Below are positions 9,056-19,365 of a DNA stretch of 64,000 nucleotides, piece after piece. The notes under the pieces were generated by a model. That model saw nothing but the letters and a program-made list of their open reading frames with translations, made no database searches and was not told where the DNA came from. A program made the position numbers and the translations under genes. The stretch spans positions 34,393 to 98,392 of the forward strand of contig JAZRDN010000040.1 of the NCBI GenBank assembly GCA_045660295.1. The letters are read 5' to 3'. Source of the DNA: Eubacteriales bacterium (GTDB lineage Bacteria > Bacillota > Clostridia > Oscillospirales > CAG-272). How positions within the stretch are numbered: position 1 is the first letter of the stretch; the number at the start of each line of letters is the position of its first letter.

Positions 9056-12000
9056 CTATTCTGCGTCTGTGCTGTCAATATCGGATTTTGTGATATCGAC
9101 TCGGCAGAACTGCTTCATATTGCAGTATTCGCACGGATATTTCTGACCGTCCTTGCGCGGTATAATGTCCGCGTTTCCGCTTTTCATTTCCTCGGCAATG
9201 CTTATGAGCGTTTCGTTTATCTGTTTTTCAAGCGCATCAAACTCGTCGGCGCTTATGGGAGCACCGCCTTTTACCTTGCCGTCGTGGCTAAGCTGCTTGA
9301 GGATATTTTCGTCGTTTAAAATTATACCCGAGCGAGGAATCTTGCTTTCTGCAATCTCAAATATCCGTTCGTTTTCGGTTCCGTAATCGGTATTTATGCT
9401 GGGAAGCGCGGTGGATACGTATATGGCGCTTGCGGGCTTTATTTGGTCGTCATTCTCGCATCCGATCTCTTTTCTGAATTTCTCGGAGGTGGTGTTGCAT
9501 ATAGCAAAAAGGTAAAGCAAGAGCTGTATATTGAGACCTGACTCAATATCATCTATTGAAAAGGTCTTTGAGCCTGTTTTATAGTCTATGACCTTAACGT
9601 ATACCACTCCGTCAGTCTTGAAAATGTCAAGGCGGTCAACCGTACCGCTCAGCGTTATTTTTGTGCCGTCCTTAAGCGTGAGCACGGGAGAGGGTAGAAT
9701 GCATTTGCTGTCGTTTCCTATCTTCATTTCAAGATATTTGGGAACGAAACTGCTGTTCAAAAGCTCCTTGTAAAGTGCCGAGGCCACAAGCACAGCCAGC
9801 CTTGTCAAGCGGTCAAAAAGATGAGAGAGACGCTTTGACGGCGTATTGTGATTTCCGAAAATGTTATCTATGTACTTCTTTGCTTCTTGGCGAATTATCG
9901 CTTCAATATCTCCGTGCGTGAGGTCGGTTCTTACAGTATCCTTGTCCACAACGGCTTTAATGAATATCTCAAGCAATCTATGGATAAACGTACCCGTGTT
10001 TGCCGAGTTGAAGCCTACGCTTCTGTTTTCGCGAAGCTCCAAAGCGTACTGGCAGAAATAGTTGAAATGGCACTTTATGTATTTGTCTATCTTTGTTTGC
10101 GAAAGATGTATATTGTTGCCGAAAAGCCCGTCAGCGGTTTCATCGCTTAATCTGCACGTTGGGTCGCTTATCGGAATTTGAGACTTCTTGAGGATCTCGC
10201 GATATTCCTTATCATTTTCAAAAATCTTTTCCAAGGCGGCGCGATTTTCGGGGGCCTTGATAGAGCCAAACGCCTCAAAGGAAAGCGTTCGTGACATAAG
10301 TCTGTCAAGCTCGTTTTCAGACCCGTAAGAGCGTATCTTTATGTGAGACAAAAGCGACAAGACTCTGGTAATCGCAAGCGAGGGCTTGAACGCTGTGCCT
10401 CCCGACCTTGAATGGTAGGATAAGATCAGCTTGTCCGAGGGAAGCGTGACCGCGCGGTAAACGTACAGTAGCTCCTCGGCACTGTTTTCGGCAACGTTGC
10501 TTGAAAGCTCTATTCCAAGCTCCGAAAGACTCTTTTTCTCGTTGTCGGAAAAGAAACCGCTGTCGCTTACGTGAGCGGGGAATTTTCCGTCGCACACGCC
10601 AATAAGTATGGCGCAACGTATGTCGGAAGCGCGAAGCATTGACGCCGAGCCGAGAAGCACCTCGTCGGCCGCGGTGGGAATAGTGGCTATATCGGTGTTT
10701 CCAAGCACCAGCTTCAGCGACGAGGCGAATTCCTCGACCGACATTTTCGAGTCTCCAAGCGTTGAGGATATGTCGGAAAGCACTTTTACAAAAGCCTTGT
10801 GCGTTCCCGCGCACTCAAGCGCAGTCTTGCGGTCGCCTGCCGAATAAGCTCGCTTTGCACGCTCATAAAGCTTTTGCGAAAGGTCAAGCGACTTGAAAAA
10901 GTCATAGGTTGCCTCACAAAGCTCGCGTACGTTGTTTGCCGCGTCAAGCCTTGTGAAAAATTCGAAAAGCGTAGAGGTCAGTTTGCCTTTTACGTCGTTG
11001 GCTGTTTCAAGTATCTTGAGCCCGCGCGGTGAAATTGACGTCGAATATCCGTCGGGGTTCATGCTCCAAAGCTCGTCCGCAAAACGGCTTCCGCTTATCT
11101 TCCATGTTGAGACGTAAAGCTCGAATACGTCAATGTCTGCTGTGGAAATATCGGTGAGTCCGGTCTTAAGATAGGCAATAACGTCCTCGGAGCGCCAGCC
11201 CTTGAGCTTTATGGCAAAAGCCGACAGAATAAGCGATATCAGCGGCTCGGTCACAAGGTCTGTCCTTTCGGACATGAAATAGGGGATCCCCGCCTTTTCA
11301 AAAGCCGAGTCTATTATACCGCGGTAAGAGTCCATGTCACCAGCGATCACGGCAATCTCACGGCAGCGGTAGCCCGAGTCCAAAAGCGAGAGAACGGTGT
11401 TAGCTACCGCCTCGGATTCGTGGTACATGTCGGTGCATTTTATTACCGATACCGCACCGTCATCCTCAAGCTTTTTAAGCTCCTTTGTGTTCAGTGAGAA
11501 ATCCCAAAGTGAGCGCCAAAGCCTTGTGAGGGAAGGGCTTTTTACTCTGTGAGGCGTGTCGAGTACGGTGATCTGTGCCTTCTCGCCCGCGGCGGCACGC
11601 AGCTTTTGCGACGTCTTGTTAACGCTTGTCAGGTGAAGCGCACCGCAAGAGGGAGCGTCCGACGGAATGGTTACCACGCAGTTGTCGGCTTGCGAAAAGA
11701 TGCGTTCTATTATCTTGTATTCCCATGCGGTGAAGCTGGAAAAAGCATCTATGTATACGTTGTATCCGTTGAAAAATCTGTTCTCGCAAAGGATGGTATG
11801 AAGCTTTTCAAGGTCGTCACTGCTATCGTCGTAAGCATCCTCTACCATTCCCGAAAACTCCGAATATATCATTGAAAAATCAGACAGCTTGGCTTTCAGC
11901 GGATGTCCGTCCTCAAGAGAATCGGCAACTCGACCGAGCTTGGTAGCGCTGACGTTGTTTATTTTGAACTCGTTTATTTGTGCAAGCATAAGCGAGGGAA

Positions 12001-12346
12001 GCGAAGAATCGCCTACCGCGCGAAGCCCGTATTCGGAAAGTTCTTGTGAAAGCTCGATGAGCGTGCGTTTCATGAAAAGATTTTTCATTCCGCCCGTTAT
12101 ATAGTTATACGAAAGCCCACCGTAAAGCCTGAACAGCTTGTTGGCGAGACGTGAAAAGTTGACCACCTCAAAGGTGAGCTGAGCCGAGGCAGGAAGAAGC
12201 CTTGTCATGTTTCTCTCTACCTCTACCGTCTGTTGCTCGGGAACTATAAGCAAAACCTTTTTGTCCGCCGCTACGTCATCTTTTATTCTGTTTGTGATAA
12301 GCGCGGTCTTTCCCGTGCCGGGGAGACCGTAAATAAGCTCTGTCAT
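9056..12346 (-). CDS. addB: ATP-dependent helicase/deoxyribonuclease subunit B (AddB)
   Basis: 1096 aa with N-terminal GLPGTGKT, a C-terminal nuclease (VIDYKTG) and the Fe-S cysteines CEYCNMKQFC. It sits immediately upstream of addA. Confidence 0.95.
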   Translation of the reverse strand: MTELIYGLPGTGKTALITNRIKDDVAADKKVLLIVPEQQTVEVERNMTRLLPASAQLTFEVVNFSRLANKLFRLYGGLSYNYITGGMKNLFMKRTLIELSQELSEYGLRAVGDSSLPSLMLAQINEFKINNVSATKLGRVADSLEDGHPLKAKLSDFSMIYSEFSGMVEDAYDDSSDDLEKLHTILCENRFFNGYNVYIDAFSSFTAWEYKIIERIFSQADNCVVTIPSDAPSCGALHLTSVNKTSQKLRAAAGEKAQITVLDTPHRVKSPSLTRLWRSLWDFSLNTKELKKLEDDGAVSVIKCTDMYHESEAVANTVLSLLDSGYRCREIAVIAGDMDSYRGIIDSAFEKAGIPYFMSERTDLVTEPLISLILSAFAIKLKGWRSEDVIAYLKTGLTDISTADIDVFELYVSTWKISGSRFADELWSMNPDGYSTSISPRGLKILETANDVKGKLTSTLFEFFTRLDAANNVRELCEATYDFFKSLDLSQKLYERAKRAYSAGDRKTALECAGTHKAFVKVLSDISSTLGDSKMSVEEFASSLKLVLGNTDIATIPTAADEVLLGSASMLRASDIRCAILIGVCDGKFPAHVSDSGFFSDNEKKSLSELGIELSSNVAENSAEELLYVYRAVTLPSDKLILSYHSRSGGTAFKPSLAITRVLSLLSHIKIRSYGSENELDRLMSRTLSFEAFGSIKAPENRAALEKIFENDKEYREILKKSQIPISDPTCRLSDETADGLFGNNIHLSQTKIDKYIKCHFNYFCQYALELRENRSVGFNSANTGTFIHRLLEIFIKAVVDKDTVRTDLTHGDIEAIIRQEAKKYIDNIFGNHNTPSKRLSHLFDRLTRLAVLVASALYKELLNSSFVPKYLEMKIGNDSKCILPSPVLTLKDGTKITLSGTVDRLDIFKTDGVVYVKVIDYKTGSKTFSIDDIESGLNIQLLLYLFAICNTTSEKFRKEIGCENDDQIKPASAIYVSTALPSINTDYGTENERIFEIAESKIPRSGIILNDENILKQLSHDGKVKGGAPISADEFDALEKQINETLISIAEEMKSGNADIIPRKDGQKYPCEYCNMKQFCRVDITKSDIDSTDAE

Positions 12347-12355
12347 TTGAACTCC

Positions 12356-13045
12356 TCAATAAATATAAATTACTCTTTTTTCGTGCTTTTGTAATATGCG
12401 TTTGTTTATAAAGAAAAAATACTGACGTCTGACTGTAAATATCCTTTCACCCTCAATGCGGATGTTGGAGTACGGCTTTTTGCTTTCCGAAAGACCTCTC
12501 TGTGATATCATAAAAGGCGAGACCGCGATCACGGCGTACCCTCTGTCAGCAAGCTCGGAGATGTTTCTGTAAAGAAAGCTGCCGACTCCAAGCTCGCAAT
12601 GCCTTGGCGGAAAGAAAAGTATCACCTTTTTGCCCGCTATCTTTTTCCTTAAAAGCCTTCCGTCGCGCCGAAGCCTTACCGCGGATAAGAGAAGTAAAGC
12701 CGCAAATCCTAAAATTATGGGCGGTATAACAATGGCAAGTATTACCGCGGCGATAAAAAGTATGGCGCTTGTCTGCAACGCAATGAAAATAAACGCCGAA
12801 ATTCTGATTATCCGTGAAATAAGTCTGAAGCGTGAAAAATATCCGCTGTATTTTTCAAAAAGCTTGTATGCCGAATGTGACTTTATAACCTTCCACAGAT
12901 AAGAAAAATATCCCTTGCTTTCAAACAGCGCGGTGCTTTCGTCCTTTGCCGCCGCGCTTTGTACGCGTGAACGCAGAAAGGCGTTCTCGCGCCTCAGTCG
13001 TTCAAGCTCATGCGAATTATTGCTCTTTATCCCTCTTTTTGTCAT
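12356..13045 (-). CDS. Hypothetical membrane protein (coiled-coil N-terminus, 2 TM helices, small cytoplasmic alpha/beta-like C-terminus)
   Basis: 229-aa ORF. It overlaps the upstream gene by 29 nt and ends 9 nt before the addB ATG. Hydrophobic segments are ISAFIFIALQTSAILFIAAVILAIVIPPIILGFAALLLL. I recognise no family. Confidence 0.6.
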   Translation of the reverse strand: MTKRGIKSNNSHELERLRRENAFLRSRVQSAAAKDESTALFESKGYFSYLWKVIKSHSAYKLFEKYSGYFSRFRLISRIIRISAFIFIALQTSAILFIAAVILAIVIPPIILGFAALLLLSAVRLRRDGRLLRKKIAGKKVILFFPPRHCELGVGSFLYRNISELADRGYAVIAVSPFMISQRGLSESKKPYSNIRIEGERIFTVRRQYFFFINKRILQKHEKRVIYIY

Positions 13046-13865
13046 CCTTGCGCTCCGCTATCTTTGCGTTCCTTAAGATAGTGTCGCGCCCGCGCCATGA
13101 GTAGGCGCGCTTTGAAAATTCTTCCTCACTCATTTCCGCGACACTATCGTATGTAAGATAGGGAATCGTGTTTTGGTTGAAAAACTCAACGGGAGAATAT
13201 ACTTCCTTGGATTCTTTGGCTTTTTTTGTGTGCGGACATACCTCGGAGCAGATATCGCACCCCCAAAGCCCGTATTTTGATATCATTTTTTGCTCGGACT
13301 CGCTAAGCTCCCCCTTTTTCTGAGTCAGAGCCGACAGACATTCTCCGCATTCGCCGCCAAGCCACGGACACGCCCGCCTGCAAAGTCCGCAGTCCTCGCA
13401 AAGGCGTATCTCGCATTCGGTAGAATAACCGTCAGGTAAGGGCGCTTCAACGATAAGCTCGCTTAGAAAAACGTATGAAGAATATTTCTCTGTGATAAGC
13501 AGTCCGTTCTTTCCGATGACTCCAAGCCCCGCGCGTACCGCCGCGTCGCGCTCATCAACAGGCGAGTGGTCGGCGAACATAGCGAATTTGGTCTCGGGAA
13601 ATTCGGCGCCCAGCCTTGTGAGCATGCGCTCGAACAATTCTTTTATAAAAAGGTGATAGTCGCGCCCCACGGCGTAAGCCGATATGTTGCGGTTTCGGTC
13701 GCAGGCTTCCGTATAGTAGGGAATCGCGAATATTACGGCAAAGCCCGAGGAAATTTCGGCTCTGTCAAGAAGATACTGCTTTTTTATTATACACCTTTCC
13801 AGTGGCAAAAAACCGTACAGATCAAGGTTTTCTGTGTGAAAAAGCTCCTTTATTCTTTGGACCAT
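13017..13865 (-). CDS. Epoxyqueuosine reductase (QueG)-related 4Fe-4S protein
   Basis: Trimmed to ATG 13863-13865 (GGAGG RBS), 282 aa. It has ferredoxin-type clusters CEDCGLCRRACP and CDICSEVCP, plus a CLSALTQKKGEL segment resembling QueG. Confidence 0.7.
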   Translation of the reverse strand: MVQRIKELFHTENLDLYGFLPLERCIIKKQYLLDRAEISSGFAVIFAIPYYTEACDRNRNISAYAVGRDYHLFIKELFERMLTRLGAEFPETKFAMFADHSPVDERDAAVRAGLGVIGKNGLLITEKYSSYVFLSELIVEAPLPDGYSTECEIRLCEDCGLCRRACPWLGGECGECLSALTQKKGELSESEQKMISKYGLWGCDICSEVCPHTKKAKESKEVYSPVEFFNQNTIPYLTYDSVAEMSEEEFSKRAYSWRGRDTILRNAKIAERKDDKKRDKEQ

Positions 13866-14024
13866 ATCAGCCTCCAAAATATGCTTTGCAAATTGCTTAT
13901 ATATATTGTAACATAATTGAGCGCGAATTACAACTTTTTTCAAATCTTTTTTATGACATCTTCAAAAAATCGTCACATTAAAATTTTATAATATAGACAT
14001 CACACAGGAAAGGTGGTAGTTTTT

Positions 14025-15386
14025 ATGAATAATAACGACTTTGAAAATAATAGACGAAATAACGACGAATACGAGGTGTATTCCAAAAGCTATACCCCAA
14101 GCGAGAACGGATATACCGAGCAGAAAAACAGCTATCAAAGCGGAGAGTACCATTATTCTTATATGCCCCAAAGAAAAAATAGCGGCGTTGGAAAGAAAAT
14201 ACTTGCCGTTATGGTAGTGGTGCTTTGCGCCGCATTGTTTTGCGCGGGAATAATGTTCTGTACGGCTATGGTGGTGTCTAATTATTATGACGGTCTTATT
14301 TCCGACGGTGGGCAGAGCGGCGACGCGAAGCTTCCCATAGCCGACGATACTCAGAATAACGTAGCCGATGAAAAAGAATCGGTCGAGCCGCCCAAGGAAA
14401 ACGATTGGTTTTTCGGACTTAACGAGAATACAGACGTTACCATGTCAAACTCCTCAAGCGAGGCTTCGGTGAGTGGGCAGATAGGTGACGAAAACCTTTC
14501 CAAGGCAGACGTTGTCTCGCTGGTTTCGGATTCCGTGGTCGAAATCACCACATCCGAGACACTGCGGAACGGACTTGTCTATTCCAGCGGTGCGGGAAGC
14601 GGAGTGATAGTTACCGAAAACGGAATAATCATAACCAATAATCACGTAGTCGAGGGCGCCACCGATATCAGCGTTCGCCTTTCAAACGGCAACGTGTACG
14701 AGGCGGCGCTTGTGGCAACAGACGCCCAGACCGACCTTGCCATTGTAAAGATAGAGCCCAAGGAAGCTCTCACCCTCGCGGTTTGCGGCAATAGCTCCGG
14801 CGTACGCGTGGGCGACGAGGTGCTTGCTATCGGAAATCCATTGGGACTTCTCGGCGGTACGGTTACCAACGGCATTGTCAGCGCTCTTGAGCGAGAGGTT
14901 ACAATAGAGGGCGAGACCATGGTCCTGCTTCAGCATAACGCGGCGGTAAGCCCCGGCAACTCGGGCGGCGCGCTCTTTAATATGAAGGGTGAGCTTATCG
15001 GTATAGTAAACGCTAAATATTCCAGTAACGGAGCAGAGGGACTTGGATTTGCTATTCCCATCGATACGGTTATCGCCGTGTATAACGACCTTGTAAATTA
15101 CGGATACGTAAAGGGCAGAGCCGACCACGGACTCACTATAGTTCAGCAGTATACCTTCCGCCCCGGATATTACGGATATCTTTTGTATATAGTTGAGTCC
15201 AAATATACCGACGAGCTGGTTTACGGCGACCGAATTGTAGCGATAAACGGCGTTTCTCCCACGTCCGCGGACGATGCGTACGCTCTCCTTGAGGGCTATG
15301 AAATAGGCGACAAGGTTGAGGTGACAGTATACCGTTCCAGCGGTGAAGTGACCGTGGAATTGCCAATTTCCGAATATCATCCTTAA
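14025..15386 (+). CDS. Membrane-anchored HtrA/DegP-family serine protease with PDZ domain
   Basis: ATG 14025 follows AAAGGTGG. One TM helix is present, the trypsin-like core carries TNNHVV / DLAIVK / GNSGGAL (His-Asp-Ser), and there is a C-terminal PDZ-like region. Confidence 0.85.
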   Translation: MNNNDFENNRRNNDEYEVYSKSYTPSENGYTEQKNSYQSGEYHYSYMPQRKNSGVGKKILAVMVVVLCAALFCAGIMFCTAMVVSNYYDGLISDGGQSGDAKLPIADDTQNNVADEKESVEPPKENDWFFGLNENTDVTMSNSSSEASVSGQIGDENLSKADVVSLVSDSVVEITTSETLRNGLVYSSGAGSGVIVTENGIIITNNHVVEGATDISVRLSNGNVYEAALVATDAQTDLAIVKIEPKEALTLAVCGNSSGVRVGDEVLAIGNPLGLLGGTVTNGIVSALEREVTIEGETMVLLQHNAAVSPGNSGGALFNMKGELIGIVNAKYSSNGAEGLGFAIPIDTVIAVYNDLVNYGYVKGRADHGLTIVQQYTFRPGYYGYLLYIVESKYTDELVYGDRIVAINGVSPTSADDAYALLEGYEIGDKVEVTVYRSSGEVTVELPISEYHP

Positions 15387-15402
15387 AATTAACACAAAAC
15401 TA

Positions 15403-15431
15403 TTGAAAAAAATCTTGAAATGCTATATAAT
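15403..15431 (+). promoter_or_regulatory. Sigma-A type promoter for the two-component/sortase operon
   Basis: TTGAAA (15403-15408), a 17-nt spacer, and TATAAT (15426-15431). Confidence 0.45.
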
Positions 15432-15466
15432 ATTGTGTTGTAGCATAAAAATCGGGAGGTGACTCT

Positions 15467-16159
15467 GTGTATACGATTTTGGTAGTTGACGATGAGGTCA
15501 GAATTCGAAGTATAATAAAAAAATACGCCGAATTTGAGGGGCACACCGTAGTTGAGGCAGGCGACGGACTGGAAGCGGTCTATCTTTGCCGTAACAATAC
15601 CTACGATATAGTTATAATGGATATAATGATGCCCGAGCTTGACGGCTTCTCGGCATGTCGCGAAATAAGAAAGACATCGCAGATCCCGATAATTATGCTT
15701 TCGGCACGCGGAGAGGAATACGACCGTATCAACGGCTTTGAGGTTGGAATAGACGATTACGTGGTAAAGCCTTTTTCGCCCAAAGAGCTTATGCTTAGGG
15801 TCGAGGCGGTGATGAAGCGCACCAGGCGCGGCGCGGATGTGAACGTGAAAGTCCCTAACGAGATTGTTGAGATCGACGGCGGCGGACTTAAAGCCGATAT
15901 AACCGCGAGAATAGTTTATATCGACGGCGAACGCGTGGATATGTCACCCAAGGAATACGACCTGTTTTTCTATCTGCTTGCTAACAGAAACATAGCGCTG
16001 ACCCGAGAAAAGTTGCTCACAGAGGTATGGGGCTACGATTTTTACGGCGACGCGCGTACGCTTGATACACACATAAAGCTGCTTCGTAAAAGTCTTGGCA
16101 GATATGCCGACCGTATCGTGACGCTTCGCGGCGTGGGATACAGATTTGAGGGAAAATAA
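15467..16159 (+). CDS. OmpR-family response regulator
   Basis: GTG start after GGGAGGTG, 230 aa. Receiver domain (VVDDE...DIVIMDIMMPELDG...VKPF) plus a winged-helix C-terminus (LTxxExxLL...VWG...RTLDTHI..LR.K...TLRGVGYRF). Confidence 0.9.
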   Translation: MYTILVVDDEVRIRSIIKKYAEFEGHTVVEAGDGLEAVYLCRNNTYDIVIMDIMMPELDGFSACREIRKTSQIPIIMLSARGEEYDRINGFEVGIDDYVVKPFSPKELMLRVEAVMKRTRRGADVNVKVPNEIVEIDGGGLKADITARIVYIDGERVDMSPKEYDLFFYLLANRNIALTREKLLTEVWGYDFYGDARTLDTHIKLLRKSLGRYADRIVTLRGVGYRFEGK

Positions 16160-16177
16160 ACGTGAGGTGCCGCAGTT

Positions 16178-17725
16178 ATGGATAAAGCTACAAAACAAAA
16201 AGCCGAACGCCGTATCTGCGGCATCAGCATAAGCTGGAAGCTCTTTGCCTTTCTGGTCGCGTTTGTGGCGTTTATGATGATAGTCATATGGGTTTTTCAG
16301 GTGCTTATGCTCGACAGCTTCTATAAAAGCACAAAGCGAGATGAGCTTGAGAGTATTTCCTTGGCAATAGGAGAGTACGTCGGCACTGATGACCTTGGCA
16401 ACGCCGTCTATTCCTGTGCTGTGGACTATTCTACATGTATAAGGGTATTTAAGTTCAGCGACAGTACCTCGGCATCAGAGGTGGCAAGCGCAGACGTGTC
16501 TGCTGATTGCACCATTCATAATATTCCGCACGTGACGCTTAATAAAAAGCTCAATGAATATTATAATAAGGCTTTGGGAAACGGTGGGGTTTTTGCTGAA
16601 ACGAGCGAGATACATTCCAAGCTTGGCACTTTCTGGAGCGACAGCGAGGCAGAGGATGAGCCTCTTTTTGACTTTATAAACGCCACGCCCAATTCGCTTG
16701 TAATGGTCTATAACCGCATAGCGGAGGATAAAAACGGCGAAGCCTATATGATTTTGCTTAATGCCGAGCTGACTCCCGTAGATGCTACCGTCAATACGCT
16801 TAAAATGCAGTTCTACTGGATAGCGGGCGTTATGGTCATAGGTGCCCTTGCGCTGGCTTTCCTTATATCAAGAAATATTTCAGGTCCTATCAAAAAGATG
16901 AACGCTTCGGCGAAAAAGCTTGCCGAGGGAAGATACGATGCCGACTTTTCGGTAAAGGGCTACCGAGAGATAACCGAGCTTTCCGAAAGCCTTGAGGACG
17001 CATCGGATAAGCTCTCAAAGCTTGATACGCTTCAGCGTGAGCTTGTGGCGAACGTCTCGCACGACCTGAGAACTCCGCTTACTCTTATAAAGGGCTACGG
17101 AGAGGTTATGCGCGATATCCCCGACGAAAACACCCCCGAAAATTTACAGGTCATCGTGGACGAGGCAAACCATCTCGGTGAGCTTGTAAACGACCTGCTT
17201 GACCTCTCAAAGATACACTCGGGCGCGCGAGTCCCCGAATTTGTCGTCTTTAACCTTACCGCCACAGTGCGCGATGTTATGACCAGATACGATAAGTTGG
17301 TAAACGCGGGCGGTTATAAGATAGAGTTTTCCGCCGAAAACGACGCTTATATTTTCGCCGACCGAATTATGATAATACAAGTCGTCTATAATCTCATTAA
17401 TAATGCCGTCAACTATGTGGGCGACGATAAGACCGTTCGCGTCGAGCAGACCGTTGATGACGGCAAGGTGAGAATATCTGTGATTGATAACGGAGAGGGA
17501 ATCCCACCCGAAAAAATAGACAGTATATGGGATAGATACTATAAGGTTGACAGAGTGCACAAGCGCGCCAAGGTAGGCACGGGTCTCGGACTTTCCATAG
17601 TTAAGGGCAGTCTTGAGCTTCATAAAGCTACCTACGGCGTGGAGTCTGCGCTGGGTCACGGAAGCCGTTTCTGGTTCGAGCTTCCTACTGCCGAATACCC
17701 CAAAACACCAACCGAAGGAGAGTAA
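16178..17725 (+). CDS. Sensor histidine kinase (2 TM, HAMP, HisKA, HATPase_c)
   Basis: 515 aa with H-box VSHDLRTPLT, N-box NLINNAVNY, and G-boxes DNGEGI / GTGLGLSIV. Confidence 0.9.
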   Translation: MDKATKQKAERRICGISISWKLFAFLVAFVAFMMIVIWVFQVLMLDSFYKSTKRDELESISLAIGEYVGTDDLGNAVYSCAVDYSTCIRVFKFSDSTSASEVASADVSADCTIHNIPHVTLNKKLNEYYNKALGNGGVFAETSEIHSKLGTFWSDSEAEDEPLFDFINATPNSLVMVYNRIAEDKNGEAYMILLNAELTPVDATVNTLKMQFYWIAGVMVIGALALAFLISRNISGPIKKMNASAKKLAEGRYDADFSVKGYREITELSESLEDASDKLSKLDTLQRELVANVSHDLRTPLTLIKGYGEVMRDIPDENTPENLQVIVDEANHLGELVNDLLDLSKIHSGARVPEFVVFNLTATVRDVMTRYDKLVNAGGYKIEFSAENDAYIFADRIMIIQVVYNLINNAVNYVGDDKTVRVEQTVDDGKVRISVIDNGEGIPPEKIDSIWDRYYKVDRVHKRAKVGTGLGLSIVKGSLELHKATYGVESALGHGSRFWFELPTAEYPKTPTEGE

Positions 17726-17727
17726 GT

Positions 17728-18522
17728 ATGATAAGAAAAGCCTTCAGAATTTTCAGAATAATCCTGCTTGTTATATGTATAGTCGTTTTTCTCGTAAGCG
17801 CCGTAAAGTTAGTGCAGATACTTGTTGAGTATTCAAGAGCAGAAAACGTCTATGACGAGATAAATAAAGGTATAAGCGAGCTTGACGGCGCTGACGAAGG
17901 AGAGCGTGGCAACGCCCCCGCACGCCTTGTTGAGCTTTCAAAATACGTCGCCGAGCTTAAGATGCAGTACCCCGACGTGGTAGGCTACGTTAACGTGCCG
18001 TCGCTTGAAATAAGCTATCCCGTGGTGCAGACCGATAATAACGATTATTATCTTGACCATATGATAACGGGCGAGGAGAGTACAAGCGGAGCTATCTTTC
18101 TTGATTATAGAATAGACAGCGACCCGCTTGCTACCAAGAACACCGTGCTTTACGGTCATAATATGAATAACGGCTCAATGTTCCATAAGGTGGTAGACCT
18201 GTTCACCGCGGAGAATTTTATGAACGCCACAGTTGAATACGTTACCGAAAACGGAGTCTATATCTACGAACCGCTCGCGCTCTACCGTTGCGAGGCTTAT
18301 TATCCTTTTTATATGTATGAGTTTGACAGTGACGCTGGCTTCCTCGATTTCTGCGATATGGTTACAGAAAAGAGCTTTCATACACAGCGCCCCGAGGTGG
18401 AATACGGCGCCGACGCAAGCCTTATAACCTTTTCCACCTGTACAAACTCTATCTCGTCAAAAACGGGCAGATACATATACCACGCGGTGCTGACCGAAGC
18501 TTATACTGACATAGGTGAATGA
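17728..18522 (+). CDS. srtB: Class B sortase
   Basis: 264 aa with an N-terminal TM anchor, the YGHNM His motif and the TFSTC active-site Cys motif. The ATG is 2 nt after the kinase stop. Confidence 0.85.
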   Translation: MIRKAFRIFRIILLVICIVVFLVSAVKLVQILVEYSRAENVYDEINKGISELDGADEGERGNAPARLVELSKYVAELKMQYPDVVGYVNVPSLEISYPVVQTDNNDYYLDHMITGEESTSGAIFLDYRIDSDPLATKNTVLYGHNMNNGSMFHKVVDLFTAENFMNATVEYVTENGVYIYEPLALYRCEAYYPFYMYEFDSDAGFLDFCDMVTEKSFHTQRPEVEYGADASLITFSTCTNSISSKTGRYIYHAVLTEAYTDIGE

Positions 18523-19355
18523 TGATATCTTTTGATAATTTTTCTTGCCCGCATTGCAGTGCGCGGCTTAAACTTACCGATAATAACAAAAGTCTCGTCT
18601 GCGACGGAATTGGAAAAAAGCATTGCTTTGACCTCTCCTCAAGCGGATACGTTAATTTTGCGCCCCCGTCTCAAAGCGGATCGGGCGACTCAAAGGAAGC
18701 GATCCGCTCCCGTACCCGCTTTCTTGAAAGCGGAGGATACGCGCCTGTGTGCGAGGCTATCACCGAAGCGGTGAAAAAATATTGTGGCGGAGGGCTTGTG
18801 CTTGACGCGGGCTGCGGAGAGGGCTATTATACCAACAGTATAGCCAAAGCCTATGACGGCGAGGTAGTCGGCTTTGATCTTTCAAAGCACGGCGTTGAAT
18901 ACGCGTCAAAATTCGCGCGCCGTAACGGCATCGAAAATAGCTTTTTCGCCGTGAGCAGTGTCTTTTCAATGCCTATAAAAAGCGAGTGTGCCGATGCAGT
19001 GGTGAATATTTTCGCCCCTTGCGTTGAGGCGGAATACTCGAGAGTCTTGAAAAAGGGCGGTCTGCTTATTACCGCGGGCGCGGGGGAAAATCACCTTTTG
19101 GGACTGAAAAAGGCTATCTACGATACTACGTATAAAAATACCGAGCGAGAGGATATGCCCGAAAGTCTTACGCTTGCCGAGGAAAAAACAGTTGCCTTTG
19201 AGCTCTCGCTTGACTCGGGAGAGCTTATCTCCGACCTGTTTTCCATGACTCCGTATTACTACCGAACAAGCGAAGCCGATATGAAAAAGCTGGCGGAGCT
19301 CAATAGGCTTGACACAGAGATAGAAGTAAAAATAAAAATTTTCCGCAAGGACTAA
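18519..19355 (+). CDS. RlmA-like SAM-dependent 23S rRNA (guanine-N1)-methyltransferase
   Basis: 278 aa with an N-terminal Zn-ribbon (CPHCSARL...LVCDGIGKKHCFDLSSSGYVNF) and SAM motif I (VLDAGCGEGYY). It overlaps srtB by 4 nt. Confidence 0.75.
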   Translation: MMISFDNFSCPHCSARLKLTDNNKSLVCDGIGKKHCFDLSSSGYVNFAPPSQSGSGDSKEAIRSRTRFLESGGYAPVCEAITEAVKKYCGGGLVLDAGCGEGYYTNSIAKAYDGEVVGFDLSKHGVEYASKFARRNGIENSFFAVSSVFSMPIKSECADAVVNIFAPCVEAEYSRVLKKGGLLITAGAGENHLLGLKKAIYDTTYKNTEREDMPESLTLAEEKTVAFELSLDSGELISDLFSMTPYYYRTSEADMKKLAELNRLDTEIEVKIKIFRKD

Positions 19356-19365
19356 TGAGGACGAT

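Noticed and set aside
13986-14171. Hydrophobic 61-aa minus-strand ORF
   Set aside because: It is antisense to the 5' end and RBS of the HtrA gene. Its hydrophobicity is a by-product of the AT-rich antisense sequence, and there is no RBS.
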